64,000 nt of DNA from positions 67,654,464 through 67,718,463 of the forward strand of contig NC_043011.1 of the NCBI RefSeq assembly GCF_006345805.1. The letters are read 5' to 3'. The notes under the pieces are model-generated. The model was not told the DNA's origin. It worked only from the letters and a program-made list of their open reading frames with translations, and made no database searches. A program made the translations under genes and the position numbers. Shown here in pieces: positions 39,430 through 52,055 of this stretch (within the stretch, counting starts at the first letter, position 1; each line of letters opens with the position of its first letter). This DNA comes from Octopus sinensis. Lineage: Eukaryota.

Positions 39430-41397
39430 CGTGGAAGTCGTCACGCTGGTTTGCAGCAGACGAAAATTGAATTTGTAAGACGTTCTACCGTAAGGTAAGA
39501 CTTTTTGCTCTTTGAGTCCAGTAGGATTTGTTGCCTGTAGGTTTTATTTTTTGTACAAGCAAGGAGTCCTTACTGGATTCGGAGCTTTTTGTTTGCCGTG
39601 GTAGAGACGTGTGTGTGTTTTCTGATAATTGTGAGAATTTCTGTGGGGAGTTCTCTCCAAATTGTTTTTGAGAATTTTCAAGAACTGTGCCTGTGTGGAA
39701 GTCTTTGGGATTACACAAGGGATATTACAAATATTGAAAGGCCAGGAGTACCTAACGGCCGAAAATACTTTTCTTTGCTGTTGTTTGAACTCTCGTTTCC
39801 TTCATCTATCATTTAGTTGAAAAAAAAACTGTATTGAACTGTTATTTTTCTTTTTTCTTCCCTTCTGTTGAGTCTTTCTCTTTTTGTTTTTCTTTCTTAA
39901 TTATTTCAAAAAATTTTGTGGACTTTCTTTGGACTTTTTGTTATAAATGGCAAAGAAATTTATAGAGTGGGAGTTAACACCTCCCAAGTCATGGCTTAAT
40001 GAGTTTGAAAGGAAGACGGTGGTATTGAGGGCTTATTCAAAGTCGCTCGATTCCATATCCGTCTTCCCGAAAGCTACAATTGTGAAGGAGCTGGCAGAAT
40101 ATATGCCAGCAATTAAGTATATTTCACGTGGGGTCAAATTTGCAACGGTCTGGTTGCTATTTGACTCCCCACAAGAAGCTTGCGAATTTGCAAGTCGGCC
40201 CCTCGAGGGCAATGAAATTATGTTCCTTCCCACTTATTGTGGGAAGAAGTTGACGAGGGCTTGGGTCTGCGGTTTGCCACCCGGGATTGAGCCCGAGTGG
40301 ATAGAGGATTCTATCCGCCGGGGTCTTGGTGGTAGCAGTGCCAAGCTGCTCAATGTAAAAATGCAACCTACGGCTGATTGGGAGGGGGCAAAAGCTGTTT
40401 TAACCCTATGGACCCAATCAGCCGAAATTCTGGTGATGCTCGAGGGATCCCCCCCCCCCCCAAGTGTCACCTGTACCTAGAAACCGGCCACATCAAGAAA
40501 AACTGCCCAATGACCAAAATAGGGTCCTGGAGCAGTTAATAGAGGCATCACTCCCTGCTCCCTCATTGGAGGGAGAGAAGGAGGAGGATGTTTAGGAGGT
40601 GGAAGCCTCCTCGAAAAAGCGAAAGCGAAAGGTGGGCAACCCACCGAAAGACCCCAGCGCTGCGGGAGGAAGGGAAGACCTGCTGGACACAGCAAAGGAA
40701 CACCAGCCTCCCGCGGTCAAGGGTAAAAAGAAAAGAAAAACAAAACAGGACATTGCCGGCGGTTTGTGACATGCTGCCGGCGTGTCCCGATGCTCCTTCG
40801 GCGGGTATGCCGCTGGAGGAGCAATTTGTGGTCCTCTTTCACAAGGGAGGGACATTGCAGAGTGTAATTGGCAAAATTGAAAGGAAGGGCCGGTGAGAGG
40901 GGCTTCTGTCCTGCACGGAGGACCCTGAGTGGCCTTCGCAGGTGGCTGAGGAGGTCATGTGGGAGACCGATCTGTGCAGGATAATGAACTCCTTCCCGGC
41001 GGACTCCTTCAGATACATGATGAAATGTTCAAGTTTGAAACGGACCAGGTGCTTCAATGAAGCGAGGAGCCTGGTCCGACAGAAGAGTTGAATTGCTGGA
41101 CATTTTTGTAAGAGGTGTATTACCTCAAAAAGACTTTGTTTTTTTATATATAAAAAGTAAGGGGATTATTGCCTCGCGTGTGTCTATTTACTGAACTGTG
41201 TAAGAGGTTTATAGCCTCATTATGTGATTTAAAAAGAAAAGGGAACAATGTTTTAGAGAAGTGAAAGTCGGCGGGCGCTTTTCTCTTCTCCCATCCTTAT
41301 CATCCTTGTATCATTATCATTCATCTCATTACTGTCTGTGTCCAGCCCGCAACCTACTCTCTGTGTGCTGCCCTTGTAGCAAATTTAATAAAATAAA
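39430..41397 (+). mobile_element. ORF1-only Tx1/L1-like element 2
   Basis: ORF 39947-40480 plus frameshifted CHLYLETGHIKKNCP knuckle; 3'UTR shared with element 1; followed by GTAGCTTGC at 41398-41406. Confidence 0.8.
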
Positions 41398-41406
41398 GTA
41401 GCTTGC

Positions 41407-44400
41407 GTCGTGGAAAGACGTGTTTTTTTTTTTGTTTTTTTGTTTTTTTGGCGGTGAGTCAAACGTTTTGTTGCACGTGGATAATTTTTCTATTGTTGAA
41501 TGTTTATTGTTGAATATTTTCGTGAACTTTGAAAATTTTTGTTGAAATATTGAAATTATTAATATTGAACTTATTAATATTATTAATATTGAACTTATTA
41601 AAGCAGTTGTAGGCTTTATTGCCCCCCCCCCTGCGGGGGTGGCATTTGAACTGTTATCCTCATTAAGAGGAAAAAAATATTATAGGTTTCCCGTTTTATG
41701 GGATAAGCAAATTATTATTGCGATAAAAATTAAATTTTAGCCGTTGTAGGCTCTATTGTGGCATCCGCCACTAGCGTGGGCGAGATTTGAACTGTTGTCC
41801 TCGTTATGAGGAAATAAAATTATTATAGCTTTCCCGTTTTGGGGGATTCTATATTTTATTATTGTGTGAAAAAAAAAAATTAATTTCGAACGTTGTAGGG
41901 TTTGTTGCTACGTCTGCCCCCCCCCCCAGCAGGGGTGGGATTTGAACTGTAGTACTCGTTAAGAGAAAAAAAAAGTAAAATATTATAGGTTTCCCTTTTT
42001 CTGGGATTAAATTGTGTATCATTTATTTCGAACGAATATGTCGGTCGAAATAATCCCAGAAACGAACCAGCTGTATGAGCCAGCAAAAAAGTTCGCGGCA
42101 GTAACCGCTGTAACTTCTAAAGATATTATAATAGAAACGGAGAAGCTCTCCGAGTTTTTTGAGACAATTATAGAGGAAGATGGGGAGATAAAGATCTCAC
42201 CCTCCCCTAGTGTTGAAAATCTGAAGCTCAGCTTGTGAAGTCGAGTTGCCTTTTACTGTGATCCTGTGAGTAAGTAAATTGTTGATTTTGTAAAAGTTAT
42301 TGTTATTGTTAAACGGTTTTTGGATTTTTGTCTGTCTGTATTGAGACAGACAAGGAAGAAGCGGTCTGACCCTCCCTAAGGGAGAGATGGCAAGGCGAAA
42401 TATGTTCGAGAATCTCAGTGTGTCGGATTTGTCGACCTCTGAGGAGGAGCTTGAAAAGGCTGTAAAGAAAATGGACAAAGAATTAGGAACCACATACGCA
42501 CGAGCAACAAGGTCGGTAGAGAAATAAATAGACTTAGCCAAGTTGCCAAGCTATCAGGCTTTTGTAAAAAAGGTCGGCGATGAAGTGGAATTGTCGCCGC
42601 CACAAAAGAGAAGAGAATGGCACGAACGAAGGACCATCGCGTACCGAGTTTATGCTAACGAAAAACGAAAAATAGAAGTAGTCGGAATGGAGGTAATCGA
42701 AGAAGAGCTGAAAAGGATAAAATAAGAGATTATATTCCTGGCTAGAGGTGTAGGATTCGGTACCGTGGTGGTCCAGTTTGAGGACGAAAGCGTAGCGAGA
42801 AGAATGGCGGTGAGACAGTGAAGACGGAAAAGGTGTTCCTTCTGCCCTCGTATCTGGGTAGAGGGACAACCCGGATCAGGGTGGAGGGAATACCTCCCAA
42901 TATCGATGGCGAGTGGATCGTGGCAGCCATCATCAGTGGATGCGAGGAGGAAGTAGACATTCTCCATGCCACGGTGAAGGATGAAGGAGGCTGGAAGGGT
43001 GCAGTTCTCGAAATGAACGTACAAGCGGAAGCCGAAGTACTGGATCAACTGGTAGAGAGCATCAAAATGGGAAACATTATTATAAGAGTGTGGGTGGAGG
43101 GCAGAGCTCCGTGCTGCTAGAAGTGTGGTTGAAAGGTCACATAAGAGCTAACTGCCCTCCCCCATCAAAGGAAATAAGTTTGGAACCTCAAAGAGAGGTA
43201 GTAACCGAGGAGGAACAGAATATAATGGAGCAGAATACAACGGAAGAGGAGGAAGTACTAAAAGAATGGGAAGACGGCAGAAGGAGAAAAGTGAATCGTG
43301 CTGAACCCCAATCCACCCCAACACCACCCGCACACTTTGAGGCTCACCCTTCCCCTGCAGACAGTGAACCCACCCGCTCCCCAACAACAAGAAAACAAAA
43401 AAAAAGAAGCAAACACACAATATAACTCTAAAAATTCTAGGCCCCATATTCTTGATATTTGGAACCCAGAAGATGTAAGGGAAATAATAAAAGACTGGGG
43501 GAAAGTAAAATGGAATGACTGTTGGGACAGGGCGAGGATGACGTATGCAATAATTCCGGAAGACCTGGTAAAAGAACTTGGAGAAGAATTGCAAGGAGAA
43601 ACTATAAACTGGTTAGATATAAAATTGAAGAGGGAAGATTGTCTGAAATGGAAAGGACATATAATTCTAAACTGGAGGACTATATGCATATCATTCCAGT
43701 TTAAGGAAGGACAGGTAAGTGATGCTAGCGGATGGGGCCGTTAGCATCACTTTCATTTTTTTCATTTTTCTCATTTTCAAATTTCACTTATTCATACTTT
43801 GTGTAATTGTGATGTTTTATGTCCTCAATGTTTGTATTGTCCCCTCTGTGTAGCCCTTTATGGGTAATAAAGAAATGAAATCTGAAGAGAAAGACAGTCA
43901 TTTAAAAACGTGCAGTCCTTCATTGAAGAAATTCAAGCACTTCGAAAAGTGCGAAATAGAAAAATGCCTGGCCCCTATATGGAAAGATATAAAATACATA
44001 GCGAGGGGCCGGGCATATGGAACAATAGAGGCCAGATTTGAGACGGCCGAAAAAGCCCAAGAGCATTCAGTGAGTCCTCTGAAAACGAAGGAGATGGTGC
44101 TACTTCCAACAAAACACCCGCTCCCAAACAAAACACCCCAAAACCCCAGGCCATGCACACACCGGTCCCGACAGAAACAAATGCACCCACCCCCTCTGAA
44201 GTAACAACTCCTCTGGAAGACACCATGGAGGTAACAGAGGGGAAGGTCAAAACAACCAGGAAAGAGAGAACACATGCCCTTCCCCATCCATATCCCCCAC
44301 AAAGAAAAAAGAAAAACAGCACACCACAGAAAAGAAAAGATCCCGCTCCACTGTCCCAGAAGAGAAAATAAAAAAGAGCAAAGACGGAACAAAAACCCAG

Positions 44401-46245
44401 GTAAAATTTGATACCAGGGATAAATATTATGGATATTTTAAAGAAGCACCACACCGTGGAGCTGTTGCAGCATCCCGGAAGAGAGATGTGCGTGGATATC
44501 AGAAAAATTGTATAATGAAATGAAGGGTAGACATCCGAGGACCATCGCGAATATCCCGGACCTTTGGCGGTATTTGAAGGAGTTTTTGAAGGAGCAGGAG
44601 GAAAGGACTGCCTCACGTGTGGTGAGGTCAGCCCCAGCATCACCAATTAAAGAAAAAGTCAAAAAGTAAGTAGAATCCTTGCTTTGCTTTTGTTTTAAAT
44701 GACTGCACTTAATCTTGGGTGTTTGAATGTGCGTGGTCTGAGCTCGAAGTGGAAGCAAACTTGTTTCCTCGATGACTTCAGATCACACGATATGCATGTG
44801 ATGGTTGCTACAGAGACCAAGCTGGACAGTCTACAAGCCTTCTAGCCCCTCCTTAATGACTATGTCTCCTAGCCGGACCGGAGGGCGAGGGGGTGTAGTA
44901 GTACTGGTTCGAAAAGGCTTGGCTCTGCAGACAAGTACAGTTTATGTAGACCCAGAAGGTGGGCTAGTCATCTTTGATGTGACATACAGCAGTAAGGCCT
45001 TCTGGTTGATCGGGATCTATGCACCTTATGCTAAAGGATTTCAAACTGATTTTTATCGGCGCCAAGAGAACTTTCTCATGACGTCGAAGACATTAGTGGC
45101 GTTAGGTGGCTATAACGCTATTGTTGATGCGCGCATCGATAGCGTTGGCTCGATCTATAGGAAAGTAAACTCACGTCTCATAGACCTGCTCAAGCGATTT
45201 CAGCTGGCAGATCGTTACAGACTTGACCATCCGAACGTCCCAGAGTGGACCTGGATGAGTGGCGACGGAAGGTTCAAGTTCTATTTAGATAGGATAGTGA
45301 TAAGAACTGGAGATAAGTCTAGTTTTAGCTGTCTACAGCTTGTCCAAGTAGCATACACTGACTATAGAATGGTTAAGTGTAGACTGGACGTAGATAGTAC
45401 AGTTAAGAGAGGATCCGGCTACTGGAAGCTGAACAAGTCTATTTTGACTTGCAAGGCATACCGTAGCCGGACTGAGGAATTAGTACAGAGGGCGTTAACC
45501 GGCGCGGTGGTTAATAACCGATGGTGGTTCGCCCTGAAGAGTGTCATTCGTTTTGAGTCTATTAGGTTTTGCCGTCAGCTAAGACTAGATAAGGCCAGAA
45601 TAGAAGGGCAACTAGTTAAGGGCCTAGAGGAGGCGTTAAGTTTGGGCGCTGCATCTTACATTTTGGCAGCGAGAACGGCCTTGGACCGTCACCTCAAAGC
45701 TAAACATGAGGGGTGCAGAGTTCGGGCTAAAGTGCGCGCATTGGGCCGTGAGGGAATTAATGTTGCCGGATGGGCCCGTACAGTAGAAACCCAGCGTGGC
45801 AATGATGCCACAATTAGGTCTCTCGTGGATGACAATGGGAGTTCGGTCGATGGACGGGACGAGATGTGTGAGGCGATACACAAGCACTTTGCAGAGTTGT
45901 TTGGGAGTGGCGGGGCGCTGGATCGTGGCGAGGCCCTTAGGGACTTCCTGTCTGGCGGCCCGCCTCTCTCGGCACGAGAGGCTGAGTGCTGTGAAGGAAG
46001 TAATCGAGGTACTGGGCGAATGCCCTGGGGAGAAGTCAACGGGTCTCGATGGTCTGCCTGAGGAATTTTACAAAACTATGCCAGACTTGTTCGGGCACCT
46101 GCTGGCTAGCGTCTACGCTAATTGGCAGCAGAATGGGAGAATTTCCAAGTCTGCGAGCCGAGGGATGGTGACGTTGATCAGGAAGAACCCGAGCAAGGGG
46201 GACGAGATAGGGAACTTCAGACCCATAACTCTGCTGAAACTTCCT
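41407..46245 (+). mobile_element. Tx1/L1-clade LINE (5'UTR monomers, ORF1, ORF2 APE plus RT start), 3'-truncated, interrupted at 42227-43877
   Basis: ORF1 from 42038 resumes at 43888; ORF2 GCLNVRGL, ATET, IYAP, WTW, YLDRI, GYWKLN, GLDGLPEEFYK, NFRPITLL. Confidence 0.88.
42227..43877 (+). mobile_element. ORF1-only element 3 nested in ORF1 of the Tx1-like LINE
   Basis: TSD AAATCTGAAG at 42217-26 and 43878-87; ORF1 remnants RRTIAYRVY, FLLPSYLG, VEGRAPCC.KC..KGHIRANCP; 3' ccctttatggg-AATAAA tail. Confidence 0.82.
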
Positions 46246-46375
46246 GTTTCTTGAGTAACGCTGCGATGGACTGGCGTCCCGTCCAGCTGGGGGGAACACA
46301 TACGCCATAGAAACCGGGAAACCGTGTTCATGAGCCTGGCTAGGCTTGAAAAGGGTGAAAGAAGAAAGAAGAAGA
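46240..46375 (+). mobile_element. SINE 3' half (family D-related)
   Basis: ctgcgatggactggcgtcccgtccag...(GAA)n tail. Confidence 0.6.
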
Positions 46376-46874
46376 ATATTTTATTTAGTTTTTATTTAGT
46401 TTTTTTTTTTGTTAATATGCAAATTTAAACGAAGGTAAAAATAATTCAGAATGAATTTATTGCAAGTAACCTGCCAAGTGCTAATAAATATAAAGACACT
46501 AAATATATAGGAGTTATTGGTGTTTTTTAACGATGGCATGAAAATCGTTATGTCGAAGTAGTTCTTTCTCTTCATCAAAATAGACCTTTGGAATAATACC
46601 CCAGCCAGAATGAGCCGTTTTCATAGGTGCTCGACTGAAATCTATTTTGTGGATATCTTTAGATGTTTGAGAATTATTTTCGTCCAAAGTTTTATTTATA
46701 TTTCCTTAGTATACTTTTTTTTTTATTTTGTTGTTGTTTTTGTTTTATCATTAATATTATTACTGTTGTTCAAAACGAGTAAAGATGAAAATGCAACTAG
46801 CGGTCTACTCAGTCGATAATAAATATAGGCTATATATAAAAGATGTCAAAAGGAAACAAGACTTGTTGGTAGGT

Positions 46875-47426
46875 TTAGCGATGGCGTGAATTTTGTTGAA
46901 GTCGAAGTAATTCGTTCTCCTCCTCAATGTAGACCTCCGGAACCATACCCACGTTAGAATAAACCATTTTCACAGTTGCTCGACCGAAAATCCGTTTTTC
47001 ATACTCAATCAGTTGCTGCCAAAATCCAACGTTCGGATGAATCACATATCGTTTCCTCTTCACAAATTTGTAAGCTTGCAGTAAGCTCATCCTTTCGTAC
47101 TTCATTAAATAGGCAATACAAAGACTAGCCGACCGACTAACTCCAGCCACACAATGGACCAGAACTTTACCATTTTTCAAACTGGCTTGACGAATCATGT
47201 CAGCACAACGATCAAAGTAAATGCCGAGGTGTGCCCGAGAAGAATCATCTACCTGAATATTAACGCACTCAACATTTTCACCTTTGAAGTTCGGAACATC
47301 GAGGGTGCAGTTTATAATATGAGTGATTTGAAGTGAGCGAACCTTCTCTCGAGACACTGCTGCAGCAGCACAAAGATACAAATACTGTGTGATCTCAGCG
47401 ATTTGGTTAAATATTACAATATTCAT
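46875..47426 (-). CDS. DUSP14: Atypical dual-specificity protein phosphatase, DUSP14/18/21-like (single coding exon; open frame extends upstream to 47846)
   Basis: QIAEITQYLYL, acid loop QVDDS, active site VHCVAGVSRS, PNVGFWQQLIEYE, C-terminal TVKMV...G.VP.VY as in DUSP14; 183 aa from ATG 47426. Confidence 0.92.
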   Translation of the reverse strand: MNIVIFNQIAEITQYLYLCAAAAVSREKVRSLQITHIINCTLDVPNFKGENVECVNIQVDDSSRAHLGIYFDRCADMIRQASLKNGKVLVHCVAGVSRSASLCIAYLMKYERMSLLQAYKFVKRKRYVIHPNVGFWQQLIEYEKRIFGRATVKMVYSNVGMVPEVYIEEENELLRLQQNSRHR

Positions 47427-48870
47427 TTCGGCTCTTTTCTCTTTTGATATGACTGGAAGAAATCGACTTTGCTTTGGTTCTCCTTCCGACTTTTTATCAA
47501 CTGTTTTGGACCTCGAATATGTTGTTGCTGTTGATGACGTGGAAGTTGCACATCCTCTAGCAGATGATGTAGATAAATGCGGGGAAAATGATATAGATGA
47601 CCGTGTTGATGATGATGGTTTTGGGGGTGGTTGTGACGGAGATGGAAGAGGGGACAACGTGGAAAACTCCGATGAACGGTAATCCTTTGAAAACGGTGAT
47701 GTATAGTCAGCAATGCTCGGTATTAGTGGTTGCTCCTTGAAATATGGCGATGACGTCTGGGATAGCAACAGATGATGGTTTCTGAAATGGTAAAACAAAA
47801 CATGGTCAACTGGTAAACGGGAATAATTGCGACGTAACGTGCTTGATCAATGGTCGTATTCGCCTTCATAAAAATGCTTAATTAATTGGTCAATTATACA
47901 GTGAAGCACAGGTTAATCAAAGACAAAATCATTATCAAATTAAACAATAATTGTTGCTGTCGTTGTTTTCGCTTTGCAGCTACCCGATTTCCGGTTCGAC
48001 TTTACTGCGAGAAACCTTGAGCGAGTAAAGTACCTTCAGCCATGCATTCGGGTCCACCAAACACTTTTGAGTGGAATTCAGTAGACGGAAATTTTGTATT
48101 CAGAAGACTTCTATTTTGAAATTTTTATCCCGAAATTTTATTTAGCGAAATTTTGCAGTCCGGAATTTTGTATGCCGACCTTTTTTTTATATTCTGAACA
48201 TTCACTGATATAATTTTCACTTTAGAGTTTGTATTTGGCATCTGGAATTATGTGGCAACTCGTATTACATTGTTTTGTGTTGTAGCGAGTGGCAACTACG
48301 GTACTCCGTTTATAAAAATGTTTCAATGGTGAAGTCGTCCTGGCAAACAACCTCATTTTCTCATACGTTATCTCACAAGATATAAACATAGCCCAGTTCA
48401 CTTCAACTTCAGCTACACCAGGACCTTTACAACACTTACAGTGACCAAACTAATGTTTAAAAGTAGAAAAAAAAACTTCCTCCTTGTACATCATCGCATT
48501 TCATCATTTCATCAACTATAAACATGCTTCAATTCACAATTTATCCCCCCCCCCGCTAACTATGTCTACCATACAGTTGACGATTCGCTACCCACCCGCC
48601 ACAGTCCACTTCCCATTCTAAAAGTAATGATTTCAAAGAGGTGCAATGGTATTTCCACGTCAATCCTTAACTATCAACTGACTTTACATTTCTATGCATT
48701 TTTTTCTAATGTGTCATGGCTTAAGCCTGTACAAATCACGATGCCAGCAGACATTCAGTTGATCATACGCGCTCACCATTCAGCTGTTCATTGTTGAACT
48801 ATTTACCGTTTTGGGGAAATGGTCTGTTCATCTTATTCAGTCGATACTGCGTGAAGAACCGAATGCAAAA

Positions 48871-50047
48871 CGGGGTGCGAAGGGTATTTGAGGACATGTG
48901 TGGTAATTTAATAGAGCAACTCTCGTCTTGTAAAAACCAATGGTATTTTAATAAAAGTTTGTTCGCTTGTTTTCAATAAGCTTATAAGATTATTTCTATG
49001 GCTCCGCCTTCAGCTTCGATGACTGCCTCAACATGGGACTGGAATCGTTGACACGCCTATGCTAAATGGTCCTTATTCATTTTAGACATCACCTAGACAA
49101 TGGCAGACTTTAATGAAGCTATGGTATTGTCAGGATATCAGTTCCTCTCACTTTCAACAACGTTCGAAACATTGTAGGCCACAAGTTTAATGATACATAA
49201 TCCTAAAAATTGTCTGAAATCCACTCTTGGGCCACGTGTGCTTTGTGAGAAAATAGTTCTGTTGAAACACGTATGGCTTTCCACTTCGAAATTCATTCAC
49301 CCATGGCTCAATAGTAGTATCCAGCAACTGCTATTTTAAGACCCGGTGGAAAGATATCTGGTAGCATGGTATGGCCTTTGTTACTCACAAATCGTAAAAC
49401 CATTAGTTACTGGGAAAAGTGTGAATTACTCTGGAGACATCAGACGGATCTACACATAAGCAGCTATCATTTTCCTGTTAGATGTTTGGTCTTGGTTGAA
49501 GTTATTCTCATCAAAGAAAACTCAAATCAGGCCATGTTCGTAAAGGATTTTTTAACCATGTCAAGTAACTGCTTCGCACAGATCAAACAGTTTTCGTGTG
49601 TCTTTGTAGACATCACTTGGGCTTCTCCTCAGTACATACGATTCGTGCAGCACAGTTTTGAAAGTGCACTCTGACAGTCCTTTGGCGATAGACCCCATTG
49701 ATTTTTCAAGATGAACATCGATGATGTTTTGAACCCTTATAGAGGCCGAACGTCTAGAATGCATTTTTGTTATTTTTCTCGTTCTTACAGTTGAACCATT
49801 ACTGCCACTGGCTCGTACTTCGTTCCGAACTTTGTGTATAAGAGTTCTTGTAACATTAAGAAAGTTGGCAATTTCTAAATCTCTGACTTTCGTACATATG
49901 GCAACAATGGCTGCATGTCCTTTCATATCTTGTGTTAGCGTTCTATCTTCCATGGGGGATCTGAAAAGAATAAAAGCTTTTTAATTGCTTGGAAGAAAAA
50001 TAATAAACTGATAATTAAGTGTCCTCAAATACCCTCGCACCCAGTGT
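48871..50047 (-). mobile_element. Degraded Tc1/mariner (maT/DD37D-like) element
   Basis: TIRs gggtgcga(a)gggtatttgaggaca at about 48871 and its reverse complement at about 50020-47; fragments EIANFLNV, FFDENNF, VFQQ, EAVIEAEGG. Confidence 0.8.
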
Positions 50048-50087
<40 letters not shown>

Positions 50088-50090
<3 letters not shown>

Positions 50091-50484
50091 TACTTGTTTC
50101 AGTCATTTGGTTGCGGCCATACTGGAGCACCGCCTTTAGTCGAGCAAATCGACCCCGGGACTTATTCTTAGTAAGCCCAGTACTTATTCTATCGGTCTCT
50201 TTTGCCGAACCGCAAAGTGACGGGGACGTAAACACACCAGCATCGGTTGTCAAGCAATGCTAGGGGGACAAACACAGACACACAAACACACACACACATA
50301 TATATATATATACATATATACGACAGGCTTCTTTCAGTTTCCGTCTACCAAATCCACTCACAAGGCATTGGTCGGCCCGGGGCTATAGCAGAAGACGCTT
50401 GCCCAAAATTCCAAGCAGTGGGACTGAACCCGGAACCATGTGGTTGGTTAGCAAGCTACTTACCACACAGCCACTCCTGCGCTC
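50088..50484 (-). mobile_element. SINE family A, long copy (head at 50484, body, 3' part to 50088)
   Basis: Reverse-complement head gcgcaggagtggctgtgtggtaagtagcttgctaaccaaccacatggttccgggttcag. Confidence 0.85.
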
Positions 50485-50503
50485 CCACTCCTATATATAT
50501 ATA

Positions 50504-50550
<47 letters not shown>

Positions 50551-51590
50551 ATATATATATACACATATTTATATACATACACATTGTATGTTTGTGTGTG
50601 TGTGCGTGCGTGCGCGCGCGTGTGTGCTGACAAGTTTTGACAAGACACAAAAATTAATTTCCTTAAGAGCATCAGTTTAATCATTTCACAAAACAGCTCA
50701 GTTAAGTAAATCTGAAAGGAGGTGAGGTGGGAGGGCAGCAATGCAAGATTCATTAGATGCAAACCAGATATGGTAGAAAACTTATGATTACGAAACTTTG
50801 TATCTATTCAAAGAATTGTTCTCTTCAGTATGATCCCTTCGGCATGTAACTAAATGCAAAGCTACTCGGATAAGCAGCCTTTTATAGTTGTGGCTAGCAA
50901 GTAGCTTGTTCAACACTACACCAAACAAACAGAGGAGATACATCAGATCTGAACAGCTACATTTAAGGGGATCATTAGGGGCCTCTAACTTACGCAGTTG
51001 GTTTAATAATATACACAAACGACAAACAAGGACGTTGTATATATCTCAGGGGATATGTACGAGGTAGTCGTATAAACCATCATAATTCATAGAAAACTAA
51101 GGTAATTTTAAAGGTATGGCTAATGTCTATGAGGTGGAGGTGATGCAGAACTAAGGTGGGATCATGCATAATTTCAAGAAGTTCAAGGAATTGCTTTTCA
51201 TCTGTTCAATGGGAAACAAAAGGTGATATTATACCAATAAATACGTGCATAAATACATATAAATACATACGAACATGTATTTGTGTGTGTCTGTGTGTGT
51301 CTGTGTGTCACTGAAACTTCCAGAACTGGAAATCCTTAACGAAGCCTTGGCTTGGTTAAGTGTTATACAAGCGTAGTAAGACTACTAATGAAGGCCATGA
51401 TGCAATATCGACATCTATAACAATACTAGTTCAACTTTTTGGTACTGAAGAACAACTCACAATAACAAGACGACAAGATACAAACTATTTACAGACAACA
51501 AGCACATCACATATATATGCCCATCATCAGCAGCCTAAGTATATCACTATGGTTTTGACACACACACACATATGCATATGTGTATGTGCA

Positions 51591-51625
<35 letters not shown>

Positions 51626-51705
51626 CACATATATATGTGTGTGTGTATGTATATGCGACGAGTATACATACATACATATATATGTATATATATATATATA
51701 TATAT

Positions 51706-51776
<71 letters not shown>

Positions 51777-51869
51777 TATATATATATATATATTATATAT
51801 AATAGATGGCTCGTTTTCTTTCATGATAACGAGGATCTAAAACAGAACCGGGCTGCAACATCATCAGTA

Positions 51870-51974
<105 letters not shown>

Positions 51975-51975
51975 C

Positions 51976-52055
<80 letters not shown>

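Noticed and set aside
47427-47798. TTG start of the 307-aa DUSP ORF as listed in the ORF track
   Set aside because: Non-ATG start from a prokaryotic-style ORF caller; the first in-frame ATG is 47426
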